NCBI GenBank assembly: GCA_965249575.1
Contig: OZ252244.1
Span: 3,680,001 to 3,744,000, forward strand
Source of the DNA: Gemmatimonadales bacterium
GTDB lineage: Bacteria; Gemmatimonadota; Gemmatimonadetes; Gemmatimonadales; GWC2-71-9
Direction: 5' to 3'
DNA length: 64,000 nt
Shown here: in pieces, positions 9,625-19,703 of the stretch
Numbering within the stretch: the first letter of the stretch is position 1
How the letters are laid out: each line of letters opens with the position of its first letter
Notes under the pieces: model-generated
Told to the model about the DNA's origin: nothing
Database searches by the model: none
What the model saw: the letters and a program-made list of their open reading frames with translations, nothing else
Position numbers and translations under genes: made by a program

Positions 9625-10848
9625 ATGATGACACATCCGTATCTGACCGAGGAGCATCATCAAGTTCGTGAGGCCGTTCGTGCCTTCGCCGATTCCGAAG
9701 TGCGACCGGTAGCCCGGCAGCACGATCTCGAGGGGACCTTCCCCTGGGATAATGTCAAGAAAATGGGCGAGCTGGGGTTTCTCGGTGCGCCGTGGGATGA
9801 GGAACTGGGCGGTGCCGGCATGGACATACTGTCGTACGCCATCGTCATCGAGGAACTAGCACGTGTCGATGCGAGCCACTCAATCACGGTCTCCGCTCAC
9901 ACGACACTGGGGACGTCACCGATCGTCAATTTCGGGACCGATGAACAGAAGCGACGTTACGTTCCGCTGCTCGCGCAGGGCAAGGTGCTTGGAGGATTCG
10001 GGCTGACGGAACCAGGCGCGGGGTCGGATGCGGGGGGGACGAAAACGCAGGCTGTCGACAAGGGGGACCACTACGTCCTGAATGGATCGAAGATCTTCAT
10101 CACACACGCGGGCGTTGGTGAGATCTTCGTCGCAACCGCGCGGACGGACTCTCGACCCGCGAAGCGAAACCACGGCATCACGTCATTCATCGTGACCAAG
10201 GACACGACGGACATCGAGACCGCCAGTCGACTCGGGGTCGGTCACGCGCCGGACCTCCCCAAGACGCCCGGCGTACGAGCCGCGAAGAAAGAAGAAAAGC
10301 TGGGCTGGCGGGCGTCCGATACACGAGAGCTCGTGTTCGAAGACGCAGTCGTCCCGAAGGAGAACGTGCTCGGCGATGTGGGGATGGGGTTCGTGAATTT
10401 CTTGAAGACGCTCGATTCTGGCCGCATCGGCATCGGGGCGCTGTCCCTGGGGATCGCGGTCGGCGCCCTGGAGGAATCCTTACGCTACACTTCCGAACGG
10501 AAGCAGTTCGGTCGTTCGATCGCGGCGTTCCAGGGTGTGCATTTTCCCCTCGCCGACATGGCGACCGAGATCGAGGCAGCGCGACACCTCGTGTACCACG
10601 CGGCATGGCTCAGTCAGAACGGGTTTCCGTTCAAGAAGGAGGCGGCCATGGCGAAGTTGTTCGCGTCAGAGCTCGCAATGCGCGCAACGACCAAGGCGGT
10701 CCAGCTCCACGGGGGAAACGGCTATACGACGGAGTACCCGGTCGAGCGCATGATGCGTGATGCCAAAGTCTGCGAGATTGGCGAGGGGACGTCCGAGATT
10801 CAGCGGATCGTCATCGCGCGCGAGCTGCTCGGTGAGGTGATCGACTGA
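9625..10848 (+). CDS. Acyl-CoA dehydrogenase
   Basis: [35 protein letters not shown] and [10 protein letters not shown] motifs. Confidence 0.92.
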   Translation: MMTHPYLTEEHHQVREAVRAFADSEVRPVARQHDLEGTFPWDNVKKMGELGFLGAPWDEELGGAGMDILSYAIVIEELARVDASHSITVSAHTTLGTSPIVNFGTDEQKRRYVPLLAQGKVLGGFGLTEPGAGSDAGGTKTQAVDKGDHYVLNGSKIFITHAGVGEIFVATARTDSRPAKRNHGITSFIVTKDTTDIETASRLGVGHAPDLPKTPGVRAAKKEEKLGWRASDTRELVFEDAVVPKENVLGDVGMGFVNFLKTLDSGRIGIGALSLGIAVGALEESLRYTSERKQFGRSIAAFQGVHFPLADMATEIEAARHLVYHAAWLSQNGFPFKKEAAMAKLFASELAMRATTKAVQLHGGNGYTTEYPVERMMRDAKVCEIGEGTSEIQRIVIARELLGEVID

Positions 10849-10897
10849 CGTTCGTTGCTCGCCTCCAGGGCCGCGGATCTTGCCCGTCTGCGATCCG

Positions 10898-12562
10898 TCA
10901 CCGACCGCGGAGCTGTTCATCCCGCTTTGCTTTGAACTCGGTTCCCGGCCGCCAATTCGGGAAGGATCGCTCCGAAGCGAGCCGATACCCGACCGCGAAG
11001 AGCAAGTGCAGATCGTCGATGGCGCCGCGAAGGTCCCACGACGGATCGTACTCGTCACTCGGCTTGTGGTACCGGTTTGCGGTGTAGTCTTCGCGCTGGC
11101 GTTTCCCCCACTCCTCCCCGCGCTCGATGTGGTCGATGCCCGCATCGATATAGAGAGCGGGGATCCCCTCTCGCGCGAAGCTGAAGTGGTCGGAGCGGTA
11201 GTAGAATCCCTTCTCTGGTTCGGGGTCGGGCCTCACCGTCCGGCTCTGTGCGGCGGCGGCCGCTTCCGCGTAATCATCGAGCTCGGAGTTGCCGTAGCCG
11301 ACGACCGTCAGGTCTCTCATCGGCCCCCAGACGTTGAGGCCGTCCATGTTGAGCGCGGCGACGGTCTTCTCAGGTGGCACCACGGGGTGGGTCGCATAGT
11401 AAGCCGAGCCCAGCAGTCCCTGCTCCTCGACGCCGACGGCGAGAAACAGAATCGAACGAGCAGGCCGACGATCGAGCGCCACAAACGCCTTGGCCAACTC
11501 GAGGAGTCCCGCTGTGCCGGTGGCGTTGTCCAACGCACCGTTGTAAATCTGGTCGCCCCCGAGTGAGGCATCGCGGCCGAGGTGATCCCAGTGCGCCATA
11601 TAGACGATGTGTTCGTCTTGCCGCTCCCGGCCCGCGAGTCGTCCGAGGACATTGTTGGACGTCGAGTGTTCGATGGCATTGCGAAGGGCAATCGACGCGC
11701 GCAGGCCGAGCGGTACGGCGCTAAAGCTCCGGGTAGCCGATCGGGAGCGAACCGAGTCGTAGTTTTGTCCGGCCTTCGAGAAGAGCGCGCGCGCGATGTC
11801 GGCGGGGATCCAGCCTTCGACGCTGACCCGAGACATGTTGTTGTCTTCTTGTATGAGGTCGAACTGCGGTCCCGACCAGCTGCTGCTCACGACCGTCCAG
11901 GGATACCCTGCGGGTTCCGCTTCGTGCATGATGAGGGCAGCGGCCGCCTCCTGGCGCGCCGCTTCTTCGAACTTGTAGGTCCAGCGACCGTAGTACGTCA
12001 TCGTCCGGCCATTGAAGAGCTCCGGGTCCCCCGTTGCGAAGCCGGGGTCGTTGACGAGCATTACCACTGTCTTGCCGCGCACGTCGAGACCCGAATAGTC
12101 GTCCCACCCGTATTCGGGAGCGACGATGCCAAATCCAACGAAAACCATGGGTGATTCGCGGATCTCGGCCCGCTCGACGACCCGCTTCGTCCACGCCATG
12201 AATCCGTCTCCATACGCAAGTCGCGTGACTCCCCCTGTGCCCGAAATCGAAAGCTGCGCCGTGGACCGTGCGGTGATCGACACCAGGGGCACCGCCTGGA
12301 AGAAGCTGTCCCCGTTTCCCGGCTCTAGGCCAAGATTGGTGAGTTCCTCACGGAGGTACTCGATCGTCTTCGCTTCGCCAGCCGAGGATGGGCCGCGGCC
12401 TTCGAATGAATCAGAGGCCAACAGCTGGATCCCGGCGTGCAAACCGGCTTCGGTGATGGCATCCAGAGCCGCAGAGGGTGGGTCATCGTGGGGAGCGCAG
12501 CCACCGGCCGCGCTCACGAGTGTGGCAGAAATCCCCGCTCCAAAAGCGTTTCGGATTCCCAT
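10898..12562 (-). CDS. M28-family metallopeptidase with PA domain, predicted lipoprotein
   Basis: AHWDHLG, NGALDNATG, EEQGLLGS, RSDHFSF and YHKPSDE motifs; AGG-C lipobox. Confidence 0.9.
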   Translation of the reverse strand: MGIRNAFGAGISATLVSAAGGCAPHDDPPSAALDAITEAGLHAGIQLLASDSFEGRGPSSAGEAKTIEYLREELTNLGLEPGNGDSFFQAVPLVSITARSTAQLSISGTGGVTRLAYGDGFMAWTKRVVERAEIRESPMVFVGFGIVAPEYGWDDYSGLDVRGKTVVMLVNDPGFATGDPELFNGRTMTYYGRWTYKFEEAARQEAAAALIMHEAEPAGYPWTVVSSSWSGPQFDLIQEDNNMSRVSVEGWIPADIARALFSKAGQNYDSVRSRSATRSFSAVPLGLRASIALRNAIEHSTSNNVLGRLAGRERQDEHIVYMAHWDHLGRDASLGGDQIYNGALDNATGTAGLLELAKAFVALDRRPARSILFLAVGVEEQGLLGSAYYATHPVVPPEKTVAALNMDGLNVWGPMRDLTVVGYGNSELDDYAEAAAAAQSRTVRPDPEPEKGFYYRSDHFSFAREGIPALYIDAGIDHIERGEEWGKRQREDYTANRYHKPSDEYDPSWDLRGAIDDLHLLFAVGYRLASERSFPNWRPGTEFKAKRDEQLRGR

Positions 12563-12693
12563 TTTGGCTCCTCACGTCGGACCGTGGAGGGAACGTGTTG
12601 AGTAGTAACCGACGACCACCCACTCGCCCCGCTCAGGCACACTGGGATGGAGAACTTGCTCGCGGCATTGGGGCCGGAGGTTAGGCCCGAGCG

Positions 12694-12722
12694 TTGACGT
12701 AACTCATATACCCACCTATCGT
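12694..12722 (+). promoter_or_regulatory. Sigma70-type promoter of the radical SAM/rng operon
   Basis: TTGACG-N17-TATCGT, 9 nt upstream of ATG 12732. Confidence 0.6.
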
Positions 12723-12731
12723 TAGGGAACG

Positions 12732-15425
12732 ATGTCCTGGAATCGTGAAGCGATTGATCGCGTCCTGGCCGGCGAGATCCTACCCCTCGTCTCGAAGCCG
12801 AACCGATACGTCGGCAACGAGCTCGGATTGGTCGACAAGGACTGGGACACAGCCGCGGTTCGCTTCGTTCTCAGTTATCCCGACGCTTACGAGGTCGGGG
12901 CAAGTCATACGGGAACCCAGATCCTCTATCACATCGTGAATCGGAATCCGGGGTGGCTCATGGACCGGGTGTACGCGCCCTGGCCGGATATGGAGCACCA
13001 GCTTCGGGAGCGCAAGATCCCGCTATGGGGTCTTCAATACCGCCGGCCGGTGACCGATTTCGACGTGCTGGGTTTCACCCTTCAGTCCGAGCTCACGTAT
13101 ACCAATCTTCTCAACATCCTGGACCTGTCGCGCATTGCGCTTCACCAGGAGGTACGAGGAGTTGCAGACCCGCTCGTCTGTATCGGCGGACCCTGCGCGT
13201 CGAACCCCGAGCCGCTCGCGCCATTTGTGGACTTCGCGCTGATCGGCGATGCCGAAGACGCGATCGGCGAGATCTTGCACGTCGTCGAGAGCTGGAAGCG
13301 TAACGGCCGCCCCGACGGGCGTTGGGGAGTGCTGGCCTCGCTGGCCTCGATCCAGGGAGTGTACGTTCCGTCGCTGTACAAGGTTCCCCGGGGAGGTCGC
13401 ACGGCGCGACCGAGGCCCGACGCCTCCAACGTCGCCGCGTTTCCGGTCGTTGCGAGGAAGGTCCCGATCCTCCGCGAAGAAGACCATCCCCGCCAGATGA
13501 TCGTGAGTCTAACAGAGACCACACACGATCGGTTGCCGATCGAGGTAATGCGGGGATGTATGCGCGGCTGTCGATTCTGCCAGGCTGGATACCTCTACCG
13601 GCCCGCGAGGGAGCGTGATGTCGACGAGATCGTCGCGGCCGCGCGAGAGGGGATCGCCCGTTCGGGTTGGCAAGAGGTATCGCTGCTGTCCCTTTCGACC
13701 GCGGACTATTCGCGGGCCGGCGAGCTGACGGATCGGATGGGGCGGTCCATGGTGGACCGCGGCGTCAGCGTGAGCCTTCCGTCGCTCCGGGCCGACGAGT
13801 TCAGCGTTAGCCTCGCGGAGTCGGTCAGTCGCGTCCGAAAGTCGGGATTCACCCTCGCACCCGAGGCGGGAAGTCAGCGTCTACGGGACGTGATCAACAA
13901 AGGGATTTCGGAAGAGGACATACTCGCCGCAGTTGATCGGGCGATGGCCTCCGGGTGGACCAGCATCAAGCTGTACTTCATGATCGGGCATCCTACCGAG
14001 ACCGAGACCGACTTCGAGGAGTTGGCAAGGCTCGTCGAGAAGATCAAGGCGATACTGCGGAACCACTCCGGTCGCCGCCACATCACGCTCGCGTTCTCGC
14101 CGTTCGTTCCGAAGAGCCATACGCCATTTCAGTGGGAACGGCAGGACGACTTCGACGAAACGCGCAAGAAGCTCGCCTGGATCAAGGCCCGGTTGAAGGG
14201 GCAGGGGGTCGAAATCCGGCACCACCAGACGGCGGATACGGCCATCGAAGGGCTCATATCCCGTGGAGGTCGAGAAATCGCCGAAGTGATCCACGGGGCC
14301 TGGCGCCGCGGCGCTCGGTTCGACGGGTGGGGAGAGCACTGCCGCTTGAGTCATTGGACGGATGCGCTGGCCGACCAGGGACTGACCTTGGGTGACACCT
14401 TCCGGGAGATCGGGGAAGACGAAGAGTTGCCCTGGGAGATCGTGAGCTTCAAGATCGACCGCGACTATTTCCTCAAGGAGCGGCACAAGGCCTACGCGGC
14501 CGGCGAGACGGATGAGTGCAAGGACGTGCGGTGCTCGGCGTGCGGCGTCTGTGACTTCGATTCCCTGAAGAATGTCCTGGCGGAGCCCGGTGACACGGCC
14601 GCGCCCGGCGACCCGCCTTCGATGCTGCAGGGCGTGCCCACCACGACCGTGCGCCTCCGGTACCACAAAGGCGAGGCCGTACGGTTCATTTCGCACCTGG
14701 ACTTGCTCCGCGAGCTGGAGCGGACGTTGCGGCGGGCCGAAGTCCCCATGGTGTTTAGTGAAGGGTTTTCCCCACGTCCGCGACTTTCGGCAGGTCCGCC
14801 GCTCGCACTCGGATGGACGTCTGACGCCGAGTGGCTGGATTCCGACCTCGCGGGCGGATGGACGGAAACCGAGCTGAACGACTTGCTCCACGACCTGAAC
14901 GCACGCGTTGCGCCGGGGATCCGCTTCAGCATCGCCGCGGCGATGCCGCCGAGAACGACGTCCCTCGCCGCGGGCATTACAACGTCAGTATACGAGGCCC
15001 ACTTCCCGTCGCCTACGTTCGCGACGGACTACGGCCGGCTCCATGCCGCAACCGAGACCCTCCTCGCGGCGGGCTCGGTGGTCATTCGACGGCAACGGAA
15101 GGGGCGGGCCAGAGATATCGATATTCGCCCGTTGGTCTACGATCTATCCGTATTGAGTAGCGATACCGTTGCGATGACGGTGGCTACCGGAAGTCAGGGA
15201 TCGGTCAAGCCCACGGAGGTTCTTCAGGCGGCACTGGACCTCGACGAGGTCATCGTGCCGCTCATCCAAGTTCACAAGCTCGTGGCGACGACGACGTCCG
15301 GGGATACTCCCGACGCCCATTCGGAGTGTCGAGCTGAGGTGGCTGCGCTTGAAACGAGAAATCCTCATATCTGGGAGCCCGCGCGAGACGCGCGTGGCGA
15401 TCCTGGAGGACGATCGCCTTGTTGA
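12732..15425 (+). CDS. TIGR03960-type radical SAM protein fused to a DUF2344 (TIGR03936) domain
   Basis: CMRGCRFCQAG radical SAM motif; extra CKDVRCSACGVC motif; C-terminal RFISHLDL...FSEGFSPRP of DUF2344. Confidence 0.85.
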   Translation: MSWNREAIDRVLAGEILPLVSKPNRYVGNELGLVDKDWDTAAVRFVLSYPDAYEVGASHTGTQILYHIVNRNPGWLMDRVYAPWPDMEHQLRERKIPLWGLQYRRPVTDFDVLGFTLQSELTYTNLLNILDLSRIALHQEVRGVADPLVCIGGPCASNPEPLAPFVDFALIGDAEDAIGEILHVVESWKRNGRPDGRWGVLASLASIQGVYVPSLYKVPRGGRTARPRPDASNVAAFPVVARKVPILREEDHPRQMIVSLTETTHDRLPIEVMRGCMRGCRFCQAGYLYRPARERDVDEIVAAAREGIARSGWQEVSLLSLSTADYSRAGELTDRMGRSMVDRGVSVSLPSLRADEFSVSLAESVSRVRKSGFTLAPEAGSQRLRDVINKGISEEDILAAVDRAMASGWTSIKLYFMIGHPTETETDFEELARLVEKIKAILRNHSGRRHITLAFSPFVPKSHTPFQWERQDDFDETRKKLAWIKARLKGQGVEIRHHQTADTAIEGLISRGGREIAEVIHGAWRRGARFDGWGEHCRLSHWTDALADQGLTLGDTFREIGEDEELPWEIVSFKIDRDYFLKERHKAYAAGETDECKDVRCSACGVCDFDSLKNVLAEPGDTAAPGDPPSMLQGVPTTTVRLRYHKGEAVRFISHLDLLRELERTLRRAEVPMVFSEGFSPRPRLSAGPPLALGWTSDAEWLDSDLAGGWTETELNDLLHDLNARVAPGIRFSIAAAMPPRTTSLAAGITTSVYEAHFPSPTFATDYGRLHAATETLLAAGSVVIRRQRKGRARDIDIRPLVYDLSVLSSDTVAMTVATGSQGSVKPTEVLQAALDLDEVIVPLIQVHKLVATTTSGDTPDAHSECRAEVAALETRNPHIWEPARDARGDPGGRSPC

Positions 15426-16881
15426 ATTGCTTGTGGATCATCCACAAACCCGTCGCACGGTCGGCAACATCTATCGCGGTACGGTCGAGGCCGTCAAGCC
15501 CGGCATTCAGGCGGCGTTCGTCGACATCGGGACGGGGAAGAGCGCGTTCCTCCATGCGTCCGACCTAGTCGAGGCGGAAGAAGACGACGAAGAGGACAAC
15601 GGTGGTAGCGGCCGCACGAGTCGCCCTCATCGCAAGATTCCCAACGTCGACGAAATCCTAAAGCCAGGCCAAACGCTCTTGGTTCAGGTCGTCAAGGAAG
15701 CGATCAGCACCAAGGGCCCCCGGGTTACCGCCCAAGTGTCCCTCGCGGGCAGGTACCTGGTGTACCTGCCGTTCGCATCGAAGATCGGGGTCAGTCGCAA
15801 GATCGAAGCGCGCGAGGAGCGGCTCCGCTTGCGCGAGATGGTTCGCGCGTTGGCTCCACGCAACGCCGGCGGCATCATCATTCGCACGGTGGCCGAGGAC
15901 CTGAACGAGGACCATCTGAAACGGGAGCTGAAAGCGCTGGTCGGGTTGTGGAGGAAGATCCGGCGGAAGGAGGGCTTTGTTCGCGCCCCCGCGCTAGTTC
16001 AGCGGGAAGCATCCCTCACCAGCGGCATCATTCGCGACTTGTTCAGCGACAAGGTGGACGAGCTGCACGTGGACTCGCGCCCACTATTCAAGGAGATTCG
16101 CCGGTATCTCAACCAGGTGGCGCCCGATCTTCTCGATCGGGTGACGTTTTACCAGTCCTCTGAACCGCTGTTCGACAAGTTCGACATCGAAAGCGAGATC
16201 CGGGATCTCTTCAAGAGGCGGGTTGATTTGCCGACTGGCGGATACGTGATCATCGAGCCAACCGAGGCGCTTGTATCGATCGACGTCAATACGGGTCGCT
16301 ATACCGGCAAGAAGGATCCCGAAAAGACGATTCTCCGAACCAACGTGGAGGCAGCTCGAGAGATTGCTCGGCAGATTCGACTGCGGGACGTCGGGGGCAT
16401 CATCGTCATCGATTTCATCGATATGGAAACCCGTGGCAATCGCGACCGCGTGTTGCAGGACCTGAGAACGCATCTTGGCAGGGATCGAGCGCGAACGCGG
16501 GCGTTCCAAGTGTCCGAGTTGGGTTTGATCGAGATGACCCGGCAGCGGGTGCGACCGTCGCTATGGCACTCGATGACGGTGGATTGCCCGGCCTGCAGCG
16601 GCACGGGGAGGGTATTCAAGCCTGAGGTCGTGGTCCGGAGGCTCGAGCGTACGCTCATACGGGTCGCGCACCAGCAACGGGAGAATCGCGTGACGGTGCG
16701 GCTGCATCCGGAAGTAGCCTTGTACCTCCTCGAGCAGGAGCCGGAGTTTCTGGCAGACGTCGCGAAATCGACTGGGATCAGGCTCGAGATCCGCGACGAT
16801 CCAGTCACGAGCGTAGACGAGTTCCGGATCGTTTCCCAACCGGCGGGTCGAGACGTTACCGAGCGGTACCTCGTGGCCTAG
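15349..16881 (+). CDS. rng: Ribonuclease E/G family (RNase G-sized)
   Basis: GNIYRG, QAAFVDIG, IDVNTG, GGIIVIDFIDM and CPACSGTG motifs; TTG start overlapping the upstream gene. Confidence 0.9.
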   Translation: MKREILISGSPRETRVAILEDDRLVELLVDHPQTRRTVGNIYRGTVEAVKPGIQAAFVDIGTGKSAFLHASDLVEAEEDDEEDNGGSGRTSRPHRKIPNVDEILKPGQTLLVQVVKEAISTKGPRVTAQVSLAGRYLVYLPFASKIGVSRKIEAREERLRLREMVRALAPRNAGGIIIRTVAEDLNEDHLKRELKALVGLWRKIRRKEGFVRAPALVQREASLTSGIIRDLFSDKVDELHVDSRPLFKEIRRYLNQVAPDLLDRVTFYQSSEPLFDKFDIESEIRDLFKRRVDLPTGGYVIIEPTEALVSIDVNTGRYTGKKDPEKTILRTNVEAAREIARQIRLRDVGGIIVIDFIDMETRGNRDRVLQDLRTHLGRDRARTRAFQVSELGLIEMTRQRVRPSLWHSMTVDCPACSGTGRVFKPEVVVRRLERTLIRVAHQQRENRVTVRLHPEVALYLLEQEPEFLADVAKSTGIRLEIRDDPVTSVDEFRIVSQPAGRDVTERYLVA

Positions 16882-16910
16882 AGTTCGCACGGAGGAGCCC
16901 GAAATGGCCG

Positions 16911-16939
16911 TTGACTGCTCAAAGGCTCCCTGCTAGAAT
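16911..16939 (+). promoter_or_regulatory. Sigma70 promoter of rplU-rpmA (extended -10)
   Basis: TTGACT-N17-TAGAAT with TG extension, 8 nt upstream of ATG 16948. Confidence 0.7.
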
Positions 16940-16947
16940 CCAAGCCT

Positions 16948-17265
16948 ATGTCTTATGCGATCTTCATTGCCGCTGGGCAGCAGTTCCGTGCTGAAAAGGG
17001 GACGACCCTCAAGGTGCCGAAGCTGCCGGGGGACCCCGGGAGCAAGGTGACCTTCGATGACGTGCTCTTATCGAGGGACGGCGATACGGTTCGAGCGGGC
17101 CAGCCCACCGTGAAGCACGCGAAGGTCACGGCCCAGATCGTCCGGCATGGCAAGGCAGCGAAGATCGTCGTGTTCCGTTTCAAGCGGCGAAAGAACTACC
17201 GGCGGAAGACGGGGCACCGGCAGGGGTTCACGGAGATCCGAGTCACAGACGTCAAGGTAGGCTGA
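16948..17265 (+). CDS. rplU: 50S ribosomal protein L21
   Basis: MSYAIF..GQQFRA and [14 protein letters not shown] motifs. Confidence 0.97.
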   Translation: MSYAIFIAAGQQFRAEKGTTLKVPKLPGDPGSKVTFDDVLLSRDGDTVRAGQPTVKHAKVTAQIVRHGKAAKIVVFRFKRRKNYRRKTGHRQGFTEIRVTDVKVG

Positions 17266-17273
17266 GGTGGTGC

Positions 17274-17543
17274 ATGGCGCATAAGAAAGGTGTTGGATCC
17301 AGCCGAAACGGTCGGGACTCAAATCCCCAGTACTTAGGGGTCAAGCGGTATGGCGGCCAGCTCGTCCGAGCCGGACACATTCTCGTCCGTCAGCGAGGAA
17401 CGAAGTTCCATCCAGGACGGAACGTGCGCCGAGCGTCGGACGACACACTGTTCTCACTTGTTGACGGGCGGGTCAAGTTCGAGCACAAGACCAAGAAGCG
17501 TTACAAGATAAGCGTCTATCCCGTCCAGACCTCCGCCGCGTAG
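17274..17543 (+). CDS. rpmA: 50S ribosomal protein L27
   Basis: [16 protein letters not shown] and [10 protein letters not shown] motifs. Confidence 0.98.
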   Translation: MAHKKGVGSSRNGRDSNPQYLGVKRYGGQLVRAGHILVRQRGTKFHPGRNVRRASDDTLFSLVDGRVKFEHKTKKRYKISVYPVQTSAA

Positions 17544-17588
17544 CATTCCTCTCTCGGCGAACTGGCTACCCGGGTTTGACTGCCGGGC

Positions 17589-19703
17589 CTAATTCACCAA
17601 CTCGAAGCTGAACGGTTGCCCTAGGCGCTCGATCTTTACGATCCTGCGCGGGGTGTCACGCGTGATGTAGAGCGCCAACGGTGCCGGTCCACCACTGATC
17701 TCGACGCGATAGACGGGGAAGAGTCCAGCGGGTACGCCGAGGTTTCCAGTAGCCGTCACGGTGACCGTGACCGGACTGATCGCACCCGTCGAAGCGTTGA
17801 GTCCGTGCACGGAGTACGCGACGTCCTGATCGAGTGCCAGCGCAGGGACGAGCGCCGTCAAGGCGTTGACCTCGATGGTTCCCGCGACGACCGTCGTATC
17901 CAGCTCGAGTAAACGCGGTGTCCCGCCGGGCTGTGGGGACGTGGCGTGACCGATGGCACGGCCGTCTCGAAGCTCGACGTGCAAGTCCACGGTCTGTCCA
18001 CTCATCCGTCCGGCTTGATCGACCGAGCGCAGCTCCAGCGTCGACGCGTCGACCCGCACCGTCGTTTCGAGGCTCCAGTTAGCCATGGGAATCGACGTGC
18101 GCTCTCGATAAACGATGCTGTCGCCCCCGCGGACGAGTTCGCTCACCATGGTACCCAGCGCGTTGCCCTGAACGATGGCGACGAATGAATCACGCCGCGC
18201 GGCGAACTGGTTACCATCGAGGGCGAGCGGCGCCGGTTTTGGGTGAAGATCATCGAACGCGATCGGCGTACCGTCCGAGTCCACGATCGAGACGGGGCCC
18301 ATGAGTGCGAGGTCATCGTAGAGTTTCTCGCCGTCGCCCACGACGACGATCGCGGTGCGAGCGGGGTCGAACAAGTCCGCCGCGGCAGAAAGGACCCTTC
18401 CAGGAGTGACGCTAGCCAGCCGTTCCCGATAGCGAACGAGGTGATCCGGGGGGAGGCCCGCAAATCGGGTCTCGACCAGGCGCCCTGCGATTTGCTCCGG
18501 GGTCTCGATGTCCCGTGGAAATGCACCGGCGAGGTACCTCGCGGCTGCGGCGACGGTGCTGTCCGGCAGCACCTCGATCCGCATCTGCTCGAGCTGCCCC
18601 GCGATCTCCGTGAGGAGATCAGAGGTGAGTTCGGCCCGGACTTCCGTGCTGATGGAATACGATCCTGCCCTGGCGAGGACCGTCAGCGCTGTCGTCGCCC
18701 CATAGGTCCAGCGCTTTTCGTCCCGGAGCACCCTGGTGAGGCGTCCGTCACTCGCGCCCAGAATGTGATCGAGGATCATCCGAGCTTCGTGTAGGGAATC
18801 GGTCATTGCAGGAGCAGGATGGCCCACGGCGACGTGGGATTGGGTAGCGCCTCGCCGGTGTACCAGGAGGACTCTGGTTCCCAGCGGAGCCGGGGGAGCC
18901 TCGGGTTGAGTGGGGCGGGAGGAGGATGGAGTGGTCCAGTCGGAGAGGTGCCGTTCTGCCAGGGCGCGCACTCGGTCGATTGTAATGTCCCCCGAAGCGA
19001 CCAAGAGGGCGCCCCGCGGTGAGAGCCGGGAACGACCGGATTCACGAATCGCCTTGACGGGGATGTTACGCACACTGGAGGCGGTGGCTCGCCGGCCGTA
19101 AGGATGGTCCCCAAAGAGCGCGCCCGCGAGAAATCGTTCGCTAAGCGCAGCGGGCTGAGCGCCCGCGGCTTCGATTGCTTCCAGTAATCTCGTTCGCTCG
19201 TGCTCGACCTGTGCGTCCGGAAAGGACGCACCCTTCACGATATCCGCGATCAGACCCAGGGCGCCGTCGACCCGGTCGCTGGGGACACTCAACGAGAGCG
19301 TGGAGTGATCCACCCAGGCCTCGGTGCTCAGGGCGCCACCGAGGGCTGTGACCTCGCTGGCGAGTTGAGCCGGCTCTCGAGTGGAAGTGCCACGGATCAT
19401 GACACGGGAGATGAGGTCGGCGAGTCCTTCCTGGCCGGGGGGATCATGAGCCGCTCCGCGCGGGAGGCCAAGTTGTAGGGAGACGAGCGGCACTTCGTGA
19501 TTCTCGACGACCAGGAGTTGCACGCCGTTCGTCAGCTCGTCCTGAATCATAGGGATGCGTAGCGGTCGCATCGGGAGGGGGGGTGGAGCGGCCGTGGGGT
19601 ACTGCGCCGCGAGCGTGTCTGGCGCCCAGCCCCCGCACAGTGTCATGGCGATGAGCGCGAGCCCGACCAACCATTGCGGCTGAGAAATGTTCCTGGCGCT
19701 CAC
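17589..19703 (-). CDS. M16 (pitrilysin-family) peptidase-like non-catalytic subunit with C-terminal beta-rich extension
   Basis: Signal peptide; LTNGVQLLVVENHEVPLV; no HxxEH (GLADLISRV); LRDEKRWTYG substrate R/Y pair; about 220-aa extra C-terminal domain. Confidence 0.8.
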   Translation of the reverse strand: MSARNISQPQWLVGLALIAMTLCGGWAPDTLAAQYPTAAPPPLPMRPLRIPMIQDELTNGVQLLVVENHEVPLVSLQLGLPRGAAHDPPGQEGLADLISRVMIRGTSTREPAQLASEVTALGGALSTEAWVDHSTLSLSVPSDRVDGALGLIADIVKGASFPDAQVEHERTRLLEAIEAAGAQPAALSERFLAGALFGDHPYGRRATASSVRNIPVKAIRESGRSRLSPRGALLVASGDITIDRVRALAERHLSDWTTPSSSRPTQPEAPPAPLGTRVLLVHRRGATQSHVAVGHPAPAMTDSLHEARMILDHILGASDGRLTRVLRDEKRWTYGATTALTVLARAGSYSISTEVRAELTSDLLTEIAGQLEQMRIEVLPDSTVAAAARYLAGAFPRDIETPEQIAGRLVETRFAGLPPDHLVRYRERLASVTPGRVLSAAADLFDPARTAIVVVGDGEKLYDDLALMGPVSIVDSDGTPIAFDDLHPKPAPLALDGNQFAARRDSFVAIVQGNALGTMVSELVRGGDSIVYRERTSIPMANWSLETTVRVDASTLELRSVDQAGRMSGQTVDLHVELRDGRAIGHATSPQPGGTPRLLELDTTVVAGTIEVNALTALVPALALDQDVAYSVHGLNASTGAISPVTVTVTATGNLGVPAGLFPVYRVEISGGPAPLALYITRDTPRRIVKIERLGQPFSFELVN

